A program made the translations under genes and the position numbers. Below, in pieces: positions 1 to 9,719 of a stretch of 64,000 nt of DNA. Where the stretch lies: the NCBI GenBank assembly GCA_021772835.1, contig JAJFLE010000057.1, positions 3,177 to 67,176 on the forward strand, in the 5' to 3' direction. This stretch comes from Mariprofundus sp. (lineage in GTDB: Bacteria; Pseudomonadota; Zetaproteobacteria; Mariprofundales; Mariprofundaceae). Below the pieces are notes generated by a model, which saw only the letters and a list, made by a program, of their open reading frames with translations, searched no databases and had not been told where the DNA came from. How positions within the stretch are numbered: position 1 is the first letter of the stretch; the number at the start of each line of letters is the position of its first letter.

Positions 1-1326
1 TTCATCATTCTTCTGTTTGGCCGCTTCCAGATCGAAGTCCAGCTGGCTCTCAACCCTGCGCGTCATGAAATTGAAACGTACAGCATCAGCACCCACTTCA
101 TCCACCACTTCACGCAGTGTCACAAAAGTACCTGCACGTTTGGACATCTTCACGGGTTTACCATCACGCGTCAGATTCACCATCTGCACCAGCAGCACAT
201 CCGGTTGCCTCTCGCGTCCGGTCAAGGCTTTCATCGCTGCCTGCACGCGCGATACATAACCGCCATGATCGGCACCCCAGACATCAATCATGCGTTCAAA
301 CCCACGCTGATGTTTGTCATAGTGGTAAGCGATATCAGCAGCAAAATAGGTCGGTGTGCCATCCTGTTTTGCCAAAGGGCGATCTACATCATCGCCAAAG
401 TCGGTGGTGCGGAAAAGCAGTTGCTCAACCGATTTATAATCTTCAACCTCCTTACCCTTGGGCGGCGGCAATGTGCCTGAATATACGACACCTTCTGATT
501 GCAGGCGTTCGATAAGCTCGCTAACCCGGCCGCTGGCATGCAGGCTCTGTTCGGAGAAATAGAGATCGAAGTTGATGCCTATAGCAGCCAGGTCATCACG
601 GATCATGGCCATATTAGCCGCAATAGATTCGCTTCCGACGAGTGCGGAACGCGCCTCCTCATCCATTTCTGTGAGTGACACATAGTTGTGTTTTTCCAGC
701 AGTTCGCGAGCAATCTGCACAATATACTCGCCCGGATAGGCACCATCAGGAAATTCAATGGTCTCGCCCTCAAGTTCCTGCATACGTAGCCAGACACTGT
801 TGGCCAACACCCCAATCTGCACACCGGCATCGTTGATATAATACTCGCGCTGCACATTTTTTCCGACCGCATTGAGCACACTGGCCAGTGCATCGCCCAC
901 TACGGCACCACGGCCATGACCAACATGCATAGGGCCAGTTGGATTAGCAGAAACGAATTCAAGGTTCACTTTTTCTGCATCAGCAGTTACTGCTATCTTG
1001 CCATAGCTTTCACCGGCAAGAACAATGGCTTTCAAAGCTTCTGCTTCCGTAGCTTGATGCAGGCGAATGTTGATGAACCCGGGACCGGCGATATCCGCTG
1101 CAACCACGGCATCGGGCCATTGCACCACTGCAAGTATGCTGGCTGCGATCTGTTGCGGACTCTTTTTGAGCAGGCGCGCAAGCGGCATCGCTACATTGGC
1201 AGCATAATCACCATGCTCTTTCATCTTCGGGCGCGTCAAATGCACCTCGGGTGCTATCGCATCCGGGTGATCTTGCAGCAGCTCTTCAAGAGCGGCCTGT
1301 AATGCCTGTTCCAGTGCCTGTTTCAC
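1..1326 (-). CDS. argS: arginine--tRNA ligase (first 442 codons; C-terminus lies beyond the window start)
   Basis: Absent from the ORF track because it starts with GTG (1326..1324), 4 nt downstream of GGAGG (1335..1331). My minus-strand translation reads VKQALEQALQAALEELL...FVSANPTGPMHVGHGRGAVVGDA (class I HIGH-type motif)...DVWGADHGGYVSRV...GKPVKMSKRAGTFVTL (KMSK-type motif). The frame is open to position 1. Confidence 0.9.
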   Translation of the reverse strand, partial: MKQALEQALQAALEELLQDHPDAIAPEVHLTRPKMKEHGDYAANVAMPLARLLKKSPQQIAASILAVVQWPDAVVAADIAGPGFINIRLHQATEAEALKAIVLAGESYGKIAVTADAEKVNLEFVSANPTGPMHVGHGRGAVVGDALASVLNAVGKNVQREYYINDAGVQIGVLANSVWLRMQELEGETIEFPDGAYPGEYIVQIARELLEKHNYVSLTEMDEEARSALVGSESIAANMAMIRDDLAAIGINFDLYFSEQSLHASGRVSELIERLQSEGVVYSGTLPPPKGKEVEDYKSVEQLLFRTTDFGDDVDRPLAKQDGTPTYFAADIAYHYDKHQRGFERMIDVWGADHGGYVSRVQAAMKALTGRERQPDVLLVQMVNLTRDGKPVKMSKRAGTFVTLREVVDEVGADAVRFNFMTRRVESQLDFDLEAAKQKNDE

Positions 1327-1436
1327 GATGCCTCCGGGCCTGTATTTAAACGCCCATGAAAAGTCGGCGCATGTTAACCGTATAACTGTTTTTTTTCACG
1401 GGATTAGAATCCGGAGAAATCGATCCGAACAGGCAA

Positions 1437-1659
1437 TTCACCGCAGAGGTCGCAAAGGATGCAGAGTAAAGGCATTAATCTTTAACTGGTGGATCACTCT
1501 GGGGAACCGATGCTCTGTCCTGCGAACGCAATTCACCCTGACACGGGGAAATCTGCAAGATTAAGGGATTGTGCCTCAGTGCCGGCAACAGCCAAAACTC
1601 AATCATTGCTTACGTGATTTTGGTTTTACGCTGCGTAACTCCGCGTCCTCTGCGGTGAA
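1437..1659 (+). other. 223-nt element closed by a 13-bp terminal inverted repeat; candidate structured RNA or MITE-like element
   Basis: TTCACCGCAGAGG (1437-1449) is the perfect reverse complement of CCTCTGCGGTGAA (1647-1659). Pairing extends imperfectly inward (CGC/GCG, GCAG/CTGC). A T7 run follows at 1663-1669. It lies in the 348-bp argS-mutM spacer. Confidence 0.3.
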
Positions 1660-1674
1660 GAATTTTTTTACAGG

Positions 1675-2490
1675 TTAACGCTGACAGCCGGGGCAAAAAA
1701 AGCTGCTGCGACCGGACTGTGTGATGCGCTTGATGATTTTACCGCAATGAAAACAGCTTTTACCTGCCCTGCCGTACACCTGAAAACTGTGTGCAAAGTA
1801 TCCGGGTTTGCCATCCGCTTTGACAAAATCGCTGATCGTACTGCCTCCAGCTTCAATAGCTTCCTGCAAGACCTGCTTGATCGCATCGGTTAACACACCC
1901 AGCCTAACCTTCGATATTTTACCTGCGGCTCTGGCCGGGTGAATACCGGCCCGAAACAATGATTCAGCCGCATAGATATTACCCACTCCGACCACATTGC
2001 CCGCATGCATGATGATGGTTTTAATCGGCGCCTTTCTTGCCCGGCAAACAGAGCCAAGGTGATCCGAGTGAAACAACTCACCCAAGGGTTCAGGGCCAAG
2101 GGTTTTGAACCAATCGTGCGAATCCAGATCGGCAGAAGCGATCAGCCCGGCATAACCGAAACGGCGCGCATCACGATAACGCAGGCTTTGCCCGTCATGC
2201 AGATCAATACGTACATGTTCGTGTTTGGCTTTATCATCTTCTCTGGTGAGCACATGAAACTGCCCGGTCATACCCAGGTGCCAAACCAGTGTCTGATCAT
2301 TCTCCAGTGCAAACAGCAGATATTTTGACCTTCTTTCTACGCCTGTAATCTTCTGGCCTGCCAGACTGGAGAAATCAGGCAGCGGATAACGCAACGTTTG
2401 CCGAAAACAGGTGACATCATTAATTCTTCTGCCGATTAACAGAGGCTGCAGTCCGGCACGTACCGTTTCAACTTCAGGTAGCTCAGGCAT
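1675..2490 (-). CDS. mutM: formamidopyrimidine-DNA glycosylase
   Basis: N-terminal MPELPEVETVRAGL (catalytic Pro2/Glu3) and a C-terminal zinc finger CFHCGKIIKRITQSGRSSFFCPGCQR. 271 aa. Confidence 0.95.
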   Translation of the reverse strand: MPELPEVETVRAGLQPLLIGRRINDVTCFRQTLRYPLPDFSSLAGQKITGVERRSKYLLFALENDQTLVWHLGMTGQFHVLTREDDKAKHEHVRIDLHDGQSLRYRDARRFGYAGLIASADLDSHDWFKTLGPEPLGELFHSDHLGSVCRARKAPIKTIIMHAGNVVGVGNIYAAESLFRAGIHPARAAGKISKVRLGVLTDAIKQVLQEAIEAGGSTISDFVKADGKPGYFAHSFQVYGRAGKSCFHCGKIIKRITQSGRSSFFCPGCQR

Positions 2491-2982
2491 CTACAGCCGC
2501 CTGACCAGTGTCTTGGTGGAGATCACCCGATCGGTAAACAGGATGCCATCAAGGTGATCAATCTCATGCTGAATCACTCGCGCCTCAAAGCCTGTAGACT
2601 CTATCTGCTGCCGGTTCCCGAGCAGGTCATCAAAACTGACCCGTATGGTTTTGGCGCGCGGCACCATACCCACCCAATCCGGTACGGAAAGACAGCCTTC
2701 TCGCCCAAGCGATTCACCATCTATCTCATCCACAAACGGATTGGCCATATAAAGCAGCCCGTGGTTTTTGCATGGCCGCAAACTTGCCCGGCAATCGACG
2801 ACAATCAAGCGCAGCTTTTCTCCAATCTGAGGGGCTGCTATGCCAACTCCACCGGTGCCAGCACGCATGGTCTCCTCAAGCTCTTCAACCAGCGCTTCCA
2901 GCGACGCACCAAACGTGAGCACAGCATCCGCTTTTTGACGCAACCGGTCATCCGGCTGCTTTAGAATTTCACGTACCGGCAT
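2491..2982 (-). CDS. def: peptide deformylase
   Basis: All three PDF motifs are present: GIAAPQIG, EGCLSVP, HEIDHLDG. The stop abuts the mutM start. Confidence 0.93.
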   Translation of the reverse strand: MPVREILKQPDDRLRQKADAVLTFGASLEALVEELEETMRAGTGGVGIAAPQIGEKLRLIVVDCRASLRPCKNHGLLYMANPFVDEIDGESLGREGCLSVPDWVGMVPRAKTIRVSFDDLLGNRQQIESTGFEARVIQHEIDHLDGILFTDRVISTKTLVRRL

Positions 2983-2999
2983 GGGCTATCAGCTTCAAT

Positions 3000-3533
3000 T
3001 TAGAGAACGGCATCATCCAGAGCATGCAGGTCGATATTTACGCCAATTTTCTCTGCCACAGTGTCGAGTGCCGGTTTTATTTCATCGCCATGGCCATTTG
3101 AAGCCACTTCCAGCGCCATCATATAGACACTACCTTCTCCGGAGCAGCGTGACTGAGTCGAGAGATCAACAATGGATACACCCAGCTCAGCCAATGTTTC
3201 AGTGACTGCGTATACAATACCGACTTTATCAGCACCGTGAACCGTAATGACATAATCCGGTTCCATCGGCTCTGCAGCCACCTCCTCATCGCTGATAACC
3301 TGTGACTGCACGGTCAAACGTGTACGTTGCTCCAGCTCCGCCAATGCTGCCTTTAACTCACCCATGCTTCGGTCTTCAGAGAGGCGAACAATCAGCATCA
3401 TGGCAAAACGGCCGCGCAGGGCGGTCATGGATGAGTCTTCAATATTGGCATTCAGATGCTGCAATGCATCGGCGACATCACGAACAATGCCGGCACGATC
3501 ATGACCGGATATGGATAACAGAACATTCGACAT
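3000..3533 (-). CDS. tandem ACT-domain protein (GcvR-like)
   Basis: Two ACT-like repeats (LSISGHDRAGIVRDVADAL... and ITVHGADKVGIVYAVTETLAELGVSI). The size and architecture match glycine-cleavage repressor-type proteins. Confidence 0.7.
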   Translation of the reverse strand: MSNVLLSISGHDRAGIVRDVADALQHLNANIEDSSMTALRGRFAMMLIVRLSEDRSMGELKAALAELEQRTRLTVQSQVISDEEVAAEPMEPDYVITVHGADKVGIVYAVTETLAELGVSIVDLSTQSRCSGEGSVYMMALEVASNGHGDEIKPALDTVAEKIGVNIDLHALDDAVL

Positions 3534-3621
3534 AGTTGACTCCTTAGCTTTGACCTTAAGCTATGCAGCAGCTTGAATTTGACAAGGGTAAGCAGCGCTG
3601 CCGGTTGGCCAGGCGTATGAA

Positions 3622-4134
3622 TCAGCGATTGCCAATATTGGCATAAAAGGCAGTGCCCGTTCTTGCATCTTCATAGACTTCAATCCACACCGGTTGACCT
3701 TCGATCACATCCGGAAGTTCTGTATCAGGAATCTTTGCACGTAACGTAAGCTGCTCACCATGAAAAATATCAATAATCTGGCAACTGCCTGCAACATTAT
3801 AGTGTGCCGCTTCTCGAGACAGGGATAGCTGGCAATTAATGCCCATATCACTGAAATTTCCACCTGTCGTGCTTCTTAGCGCATCCTGTTGCAGGTTCAG
3901 CACATCACCACTAAGCGTGTGAGGGCTGTGCGACAATAACAACAGCTTCGAATCCTTCATCTGTGCTATAAAGTTTGAAAAATCGCCAAACATAATCGGA
4001 TCATACTGATATGACGGATCCTCATTCAAAAAGATAATAAAATTAAAACTTTTAGCCTCGCCAATCGTACCGGCATGAGTTACAGCGGGAACGAGGTATA
4101 ACATCACTAAAACCAACAAACTTTTAATACGCAT
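3622..4134 (-). CDS. secreted protein of unknown function
   Basis: Clear Sec signal peptide MRIKSLLVLVMLYLVPAVTHA. I recognise no other motif. Confidence 0.55.
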   Translation of the reverse strand: MRIKSLLVLVMLYLVPAVTHAGTIGEAKSFNFIIFLNEDPSYQYDPIMFGDFSNFIAQMKDSKLLLLSHSPHTLSGDVLNLQQDALRSTTGGNFSDMGINCQLSLSREAAHYNVAGSCQIIDIFHGEQLTLRAKIPDTELPDVIEGQPVWIEVYEDARTGTAFYANIGNR

Positions 4135-4306
4135 GAGTCACTCTGCCAAATATAATTTCTATCGAAAGTCGCTCTCTCCGGCACTTCCGCCATACAGTGA
4201 CAACAACCCTGTCACTGCCCAAATCGAACTATTCGTAGTTTTTTTGCTATTTCCCTGATGCCCCAGACACCAACCGGACCAGTAAACTCACTGCTCCGGA
4301 ATCTCC

Positions 4307-5146
4307 TTATTGAACAGGAATATACCCCATATCTTTCACTGAGCTTTGACACTCCTTACCCTGAAGGTAGTCAATGAAGTTTTTCACTTCACCTTGTGCT
4401 TCTCCATTGGTCAGCAACAACAGAGGTCGCACCAATGCGTAACTGCCGCTTGTCACATTCGCTTCTGTTGCAGCAACGCCATCCAATAAAAGAAGTTTGA
4501 CCTGGCCTGTCTTTTCAGCAAACGCAGTGGCTACGCCAATAGATGCAAATGCAATGGCGTGTTCATCATGGGCAACCCTGTCCAGAGCCACATCTTGTGA
4601 AAATGCGATCCACGCCTTGCCCTTGGAAAACTGGATATTACCCTCAGATTCCTCTCCGCGCAGATGGAAGAATTTACTGAACAGCTCATAGGTTCCATGT
4701 TCCATTCCCAATGTGACCAAGTTCACCGTAGCATCAGAGCCCCCAACCACACTCCAGTTGTCAGCAGCCCCATTATACAGCTTCGCCACCTGATCAGCAC
4801 TTATGCTGGTCAGGGGATTCGCTGAATTCACAATCACAACTACGCCATCCGTGGCGAGCTTATATTGCTTTAGCCCCGGGTACGCAGCCAGCTCTTTATC
4901 CTTTACAGCACGCGATGCAGTACCGATATCGACTTTGCCTCGCCCAACTGAACTCACGCCCTTGCTGGAGCCGCCTCCGGCAGAGATCACGTACACATCT
5001 GCATGTTTTGCCTGAAAGCTCTTGCCACAGCCTTTCAATGCAGGCAAAACCGTGGTGGACCCGGCAGCGGTAATAACCGCTGCTTCCACCGAAGTTGCCG
5101 CCAGGCAGAGCAGACCTATGCCAACCAACAACATATTTGTTCTCAT
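4307..5146 (-). CDS. PstS-family (PBP-like 2) periplasmic phosphate/anion-binding protein, orphan
   Basis: Signal peptide followed by AAGSTTVLP...SAGGGSSKGV...DIGTASRAVK, the typical PstS-family signature. No pstCAB genes are adjacent. Confidence 0.75.
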   Translation of the reverse strand: MRTNMLLVGIGLLCLAATSVEAAVITAAGSTTVLPALKGCGKSFQAKHADVYVISAGGGSSKGVSSVGRGKVDIGTASRAVKDKELAAYPGLKQYKLATDGVVVIVNSANPLTSISADQVAKLYNGAADNWSVVGGSDATVNLVTLGMEHGTYELFSKFFHLRGEESEGNIQFSKGKAWIAFSQDVALDRVAHDEHAIAFASIGVATAFAEKTGQVKLLLLDGVAATEANVTSGSYALVRPLLLLTNGEAQGEVKNFIDYLQGKECQSSVKDMGYIPVQ

Positions 5147-5480
5147 ATCAACATCTCCTGATTACTTCTTCAAAGGTAAAAGCCTCTGGTGCATGTGCAA
5201 TGGTTCTTAATGACAGCTCATCACCAAACGGCACGCTTTCTCGTTTGAAAAAAGGTGGCGAAACTTAATCCAAGCCCATGACAATCACAACAAGTCCCCA
5301 CCTCTCTTCATTGACTCGAAACACAGCAGGTCTACCAGCGTCAGATCGTTGCAACGTAGGAATTCACTGATTCTCAAAGGGCACCACAGTAGAACTAGCA
5401 GTACAACTGACTTTGACCGACCTTTCCACCTTCAGTACCGCCTTTGACAGTATAGTAAAGCCTGGACAATGCACTCCCCC

Positions 5481-6761
5481 TTAAATCATCAGCCAGGTGA
5501 GCAGCAAGCCGAGCATCACAACCATGATCATTCTGGCACTCCAGCCATCCATGAATTTTTCCAGTTTCTGAGAGCGAGTTGTGTCCGGAGATCGTGACAG
5601 CATTCGCCCAGCAATAGCACTCAGCCGGTGGATTCGATGCAGTTCGACACTGCACTGTTGGGCCAGAATTTGAATTTTTTTCTCAACCCATTTGATAGAT
5701 CGCTTTATACTATCAAATGTTGTATCAGGAGGTTGATCATGTTGTGCTCGCCTGACGAACAGGCTCAGGCTAACAAGGAACAGTACTGATACAGCGATAT
5801 AGGGGTTGGCCAGATAAGCAAAGTCATGCCATAGAGAAGGGTGAGTCAGGCCGACGCCCAGCAGTACCATGAACAGGCCGGAGCCAACGGTGGCTCCATA
5901 GGCAGGAAGCAGCCTGATTTGACGTGCAGTGTAGAACCTGAACGCGGCATACAGCATGCCCGCCACACCGATGATCTGGAGGCTCAGCCCCCATTCATCA
6001 AAGCTGTGCTTTCCAACAGGCAGCCAGCGTAGCATGCCAAGCAACCCCGCCGCCACCGGAATCGAGACCAGTAGCAGGGCTCTGGATGAAGAGATGGCGC
6101 TGAAGGCGGTTGAAAGCCACAGACTCAATGGCCAGATGCCTGCTTTGAGCATAAAAGCGGTGAGAACCAAACCCAGGTAGAAATGTGTGGCCGGTACGTT
6201 GGACATGGCTTGATGCACGGCCAGAAATTGTAGATTCTCTGTATTCGAAGCGGCCAGCAGCAATGCTTCGAACAGAGCCAGATCAGCCACAATCAGGCAG
6301 ATCAGATACAACCTGCCAGCCCGATGCACCTGACCGTTGCCGCCATGGATCAGCAGACCGTAAAAACCATAGCTCATCAGGGTTGAGAAACAGAAGAATG
6401 TGACCAGATCGGCGGCCAGAATCAGACCAACATTACCACTGAGGGTGAGCAGAAACAGTGTGGTGAAATAATCATTTGGTGCCGGGTGTTTTGCTCGCCA
6501 TAACAGCGTAGCGGTCAGCAGCCAGAGCATTACGATGGCAACCAGAATCCAGCGTCCCCCCCCATGCAGCGAAAAGCTTGTTCCAAACAGCAGCCAGGGC
6601 ACAGTCAATGCGCTATCGGCAGAGAACAGAACCAGGAACGCAGCTGGCAACACAGCCAAATGGCGTGGAAATGGTAATCGTTGATGCAAAGCAGGCAGAG
6701 CCAGTAACAGCGGCCAGAGTACGGCAAGCCAGATCAGAATGTTGGAAAAGTCGCTACTCAT
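5481..6761 (-). CDS. divergent third antiporter-like (Proton_antipo_M) subunit with a C-terminal amphipathic tail plus terminal TM
   Basis: Start moved to the ATG at 6761, which forms an ATGA overlap with the upstream stop. It is polytopic and retains a ...FMLKAGIWPLSLWL... segment homologous to the TM7 Lys region. The TM5 Glu of its paralogs (LELV / YEFL) is Ser here (FSTL). The last ~90 aa are hydrophilic or amphipathic and are followed by one TM (IMVVMLGLLLTWLMI). Confidence 0.7.
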   Translation of the reverse strand: MSSDFSNILIWLAVLWPLLLALPALHQRLPFPRHLAVLPAAFLVLFSADSALTVPWLLFGTSFSLHGGGRWILVAIVMLWLLTATLLWRAKHPAPNDYFTTLFLLTLSGNVGLILAADLVTFFCFSTLMSYGFYGLLIHGGNGQVHRAGRLYLICLIVADLALFEALLLAASNTENLQFLAVHQAMSNVPATHFYLGLVLTAFMLKAGIWPLSLWLSTAFSAISSSRALLLVSIPVAAGLLGMLRWLPVGKHSFDEWGLSLQIIGVAGMLYAAFRFYTARQIRLLPAYGATVGSGLFMVLLGVGLTHPSLWHDFAYLANPYIAVSVLFLVSLSLFVRRAQHDQPPDTTFDSIKRSIKWVEKKIQILAQQCSVELHRIHRLSAIAGRMLSRSPDTTRSQKLEKFMDGWSARMIMVVMLGLLLTWLMI

Positions 6762-8257
6762 GGCCGGTAAAACTCCCGTACTGAGATCAACTTTGCCCAC
6801 TCCAGCGGGCTAAATGGCAGCGTGGCCAGCAGCCCTGCTGCCAGAGCCAGAGCTGCTGTAATCAGGGGCGGCAATAGCAATGCCCAGGCTGTTTCCTTGC
6901 GACCAAAGTCATGTTCGTGCGGCCATGATTCCGGAGATTTTCTGAACCATGCAGCATGCAATATGGGCAAAAAGTATGCGGCGTTGAGCAGGCTGCTGCC
7001 CGCCAGTACCAGCAACACCCAGCTTTGTCCTGCCTCCAGCGCCCCCATCCCCAGATACCACTTGCTGATAAAGCCGGCCACCGGCGGTGCGCCTATCATG
7101 CCGAAGGCACCAATGGTGAATGCCGCCATGGTCCATGGCATACGCCGTCCTACGCCATTCATCTCGCTGACTTTGTGTATGCCCAGTGTTTCAGCCAGGT
7201 TGCCTGCACAGAAAAACAGGGTGATTTTCATCAGCCCCTGATGCACCAGATGCACCACCCCGCCAATGGTGGCTATAGGCCCTGCAATGGCGACACCGAG
7301 CACAATATAGGAGACCTGGCTGATGGTGGAGAAGGCCAGCCTGCGCTTGAGGTCATCCTGAAACAGTGCGCGCAGAGAGCCGTAGATAATCGTAAATCCT
7401 GCCAGCCATGCCAGTGGCTCCATGACACCGAGACCTGTGGCAAAGTCGACGCCAAAGACATCATAAACCACACGTACGATGCCAAATGCACCCGCCTTCA
7501 CCACTGCCACAGCATGCAACAGAGCACTGACCGGTGCCGGTGCCACCATGGCCAGTGGCAGCCATCCGTGCAGTGGTACAAGTGCCGCCTTCACGCCAAG
7601 CCCTGCGATCATCAGCACAAAAATAATAATCAGGGCATGTCTGTGCTCCTCTCCCAGTCCAGAGAGGAAACCACGCGGCGTAAATTCCAGCGTACCTGTC
7701 AGACTGTAGAGCCATGCAGTTCCCAGCAACAGCAAGGCTCCGCCTATCATGGTATAGACAAGGTAGGTATGCCCTGCCCGGCGTGCTTCTTCCGTACCGC
7801 GATGTACCAGCAGCGGGTAGGTTGCGAGTGTCAAAAACTCATAGAAAATCAGAAAAGTGATCATATTACCGGAGAGGGCGACACCGACTGTGGCGGTCAC
7901 ACAGAGGCTGAAAAAACCGAAGAAGCGGCTGCGATGGGGTGATCCTTCCAGGTAACCAATCGCGTAAATAGTGGTAACCAGCCAGAGCACTGTGGAGAGG
8001 CTGACAAACAGCAGTGCCAGAGGCCCGGCCCTTAGAACCAGCTCCAGATTCGGTAGCAGTGGCAAGCGTGTCTCAAAATGGTGTCCGTTGTAAACGCCCC
8101 AGAACATCCAGCCGACCAGTGCCAGTTTGGTAAGGGCGCCAAACAGATTGAGTCCTGTACGCAAACGTATCCGCTCTTCGGCCAGGGTGAAAATGACCAG
8201 TCCGGGCAGCAGAGAGCTTGCTACCACTAGCAGTGGAATCCACGCATCCCAGTTCAA
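6758..8257 (-). CDS. mrpD: Mrp/Mnh subunit D-like (NuoM/N-like) antiporter subunit, copy 2
   Basis: Start reassigned to the TTG at 8257, giving a TTGA overlap with the upstream stop at 8254-8256 and the N-terminus MNWDAWIPLLVV. The ORF-track ATG would overlap the upstream gene by 244 nt. Motifs: FLIFYEFLTLATYPLLVH and GLGVKAALVPLHGWLPLAMVAPAPVSALLHA. Confidence 0.85.
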   Translation of the reverse strand: MNWDAWIPLLVVASSLLPGLVIFTLAEERIRLRTGLNLFGALTKLALVGWMFWGVYNGHHFETRLPLLPNLELVLRAGPLALLFVSLSTVLWLVTTIYAIGYLEGSPHRSRFFGFFSLCVTATVGVALSGNMITFLIFYEFLTLATYPLLVHRGTEEARRAGHTYLVYTMIGGALLLLGTAWLYSLTGTLEFTPRGFLSGLGEEHRHALIIIFVLMIAGLGVKAALVPLHGWLPLAMVAPAPVSALLHAVAVVKAGAFGIVRVVYDVFGVDFATGLGVMEPLAWLAGFTIIYGSLRALFQDDLKRRLAFSTISQVSYIVLGVAIAGPIATIGGVVHLVHQGLMKITLFFCAGNLAETLGIHKVSEMNGVGRRMPWTMAAFTIGAFGMIGAPPVAGFISKWYLGMGALEAGQSWVLLVLAGSSLLNAAYFLPILHAAWFRKSPESWPHEHDFGRKETAWALLLPPLITAALALAAGLLATLPFSPLEWAKLISVREFYRP

Positions 8258-9717
8258 GGTTGCACGCCACTGGCTGAAAATGGGTCGCCGATGTCCATGA
8301 GCGGCAAGATAAATGGCGCGAGAAACCCGAGCAGGATAGCCCCGCAGGCCAACAGCAGTGCGGCCCACTCCATCCTTGCCGGCACGGCACGTGCCTTTTG
8401 GCATACCGGCGCCTGAGTAAAGGCGCGCCCCAGCACTTTGAACACATATGCTGCTGCCAGCAAACTGCCAAGAATTATCACAACCACGAGCTCCCATCGT
8501 CCCTGTGTGAGTGCTGCTTCAAGCAATAACCATTTACCGACAAAACCACCGCTTGGCGGTAAACCAATAATGCTAACCCCTGCCAGGGCAAAAGCCCCGG
8601 CAGTAAGCGGCAGGCGTTGCACCACCCGGTCCAGATCAGCGATGCGATCATGCCCGCCAAAGCGCATCAGGTTGCCTGCCGCGAGAAACATCGCCGCTTT
8701 GGCCAGCGCATGTGACAGCGCCAGATATCCTGCTGCACTCCAGACTGCCGCACCTGCCATGGTGGAAAGTGGAAATGCAATGAACAGATAACCCAGCTGT
8801 GCTACGGTGGAATAGGCGATGAGCAGCTTCAACCGGGTCTGACGTAGTGCCTGCAGGGAACCCCAAATCACGGCTGCAGAACCAAGCAGCCCGAGCAGAG
8901 TTTCAGCACCGCCGCTGTGCGGAGCAAAAATCTCAAGCCACAGGCGCAACAGAATATAAAAAGCGCCCTTGATGACCAAGGCAGAGAGCAGCGCGCTTAC
9001 CGGTGCAGCAGCACTGGCATGGGTAGCAGGCAACCAGAAGTGCAGCGGCACCAGTGCCATTTTAAGTGCCAGACCTGCCCCCATCAAGCCAAACGCCACC
9101 CACAGTACAGGCACAGGTTCCGCCTGTGTGGCTAAAATGGCGATATCCACACTGCCGAAGCCATGGTAGAGCAATGCCACACCGAGCAGGTAGGCCAGTG
9201 ATCCCAACAGTGTTGCCAACAGGTAACGCATCGCTCCGGCCAGAGCATCCCGGCCGCCGGTCAGCGCTGCCAGTGCCACGGCAGCCAGCCCCACCAACTC
9301 CAGCGTGATATAGAGGTTGAAAATATCGGCAGAGAGGTAAAGTGCGTTCAGCGATGCCAGCAGCAACAGCCATAGCGGCCAGAAGCGGGCCGCGTCCTGC
9401 TGCTTAAAATAGGATGTTGCATAGATGCTGATGCCAAGCCCTGCCACTGCGGTGATGGTAAGCATCAGCAGGCTCAGGCCATCAGCGTAGAGTCCGATAC
9501 CCAGTGGCGCTTCCCAGCCACCAATAGCATGGTGATAGACACCAGTCTCCCTGATCTGCCAGCCCAGTGCGGCAACCGACAGCACCAATGCAGAAAGTGT
9601 CATCACGCCTATGATGTTGGCTGCTCGTGCGTAGAGGAAACACAACACTGCTGCCGCCAGCGGCAGCAAAATTAGAATGATCGCCCAGTGGGAGTCAGCA
9701 ATGACGGCTTGCAACAC
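8254..9717 (-). CDS. mrpD: Mrp/Mnh subunit D-like (NuoM/N-like) antiporter subunit, copy 1
   Basis: 487 aa and polytopic. Motifs: YITLELVGLAAVAL and GLALKMALVPLHFWLPATHASAAAPVSALLSAL. Confidence 0.88.
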   Translation of the reverse strand: MLQAVIADSHWAIILILLPLAAAVLCFLYARAANIIGVMTLSALVLSVAALGWQIRETGVYHHAIGGWEAPLGIGLYADGLSLLMLTITAVAGLGISIYATSYFKQQDAARFWPLWLLLLASLNALYLSADIFNLYITLELVGLAAVALAALTGGRDALAGAMRYLLATLLGSLAYLLGVALLYHGFGSVDIAILATQAEPVPVLWVAFGLMGAGLALKMALVPLHFWLPATHASAAAPVSALLSALVIKGAFYILLRLWLEIFAPHSGGAETLLGLLGSAAVIWGSLQALRQTRLKLLIAYSTVAQLGYLFIAFPLSTMAGAAVWSAAGYLALSHALAKAAMFLAAGNLMRFGGHDRIADLDRVVQRLPLTAGAFALAGVSIIGLPPSGGFVGKWLLLEAALTQGRWELVVVIILGSLLAAAYVFKVLGRAFTQAPVCQKARAVPARMEWAALLLACGAILLGFLAPFILPLMDIGDPFSASGVQP

Positions 9718-9719
9718 TA

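Noticed and set aside
1437-1659. Calling this element 6S RNA (ssrS).
   Set aside because: Only the generic long closing-helix architecture fits. I cannot verify the central bubble or conserved 6S nucleotides by eye, and the usual ygfA-type neighbour is absent. It is kept only as an unnamed candidate.
5395-5655. 86-aa minus-strand ORF overlapping the 3' end of the last mrp gene.
   Set aside because: It mostly overlaps the better-supported antiporter-like gene in another frame, and it has no motif.
6956-7942. 328-aa plus-strand ORF, representative of many other long antisense ORFs (e.g. 11177-11791, 23392-24063, 27016-27768, 55311-56099, 61792-62412, 63087-63593).
   Set aside because: All lie entirely inside well-supported genes on the opposite strand. 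Their products are low-complexity (Arg/His/Gln/Cys/Pro-rich) with no motifs. They are shadow ORFs of a moderately GC-rich genome.
8258-8497. N-terminal extensions given by the ORF track, here 80 extra codons on mrpD copy 2. The same applies to 6762-6800, 10026-10094, 10996-11112, 12544-12684, 18073-18096, 24254-24433, 44862-44993, 47934-48011, 61180-61245 and 61919-62029.
   Set aside because: Each extension overlaps the preceding gene and has an odd composition. Each is replaced by an internal start that gives a canonical N-terminus plus an ATGA/TTGA/TGATG-type junction or a good Shine-Dalgarno sequence.
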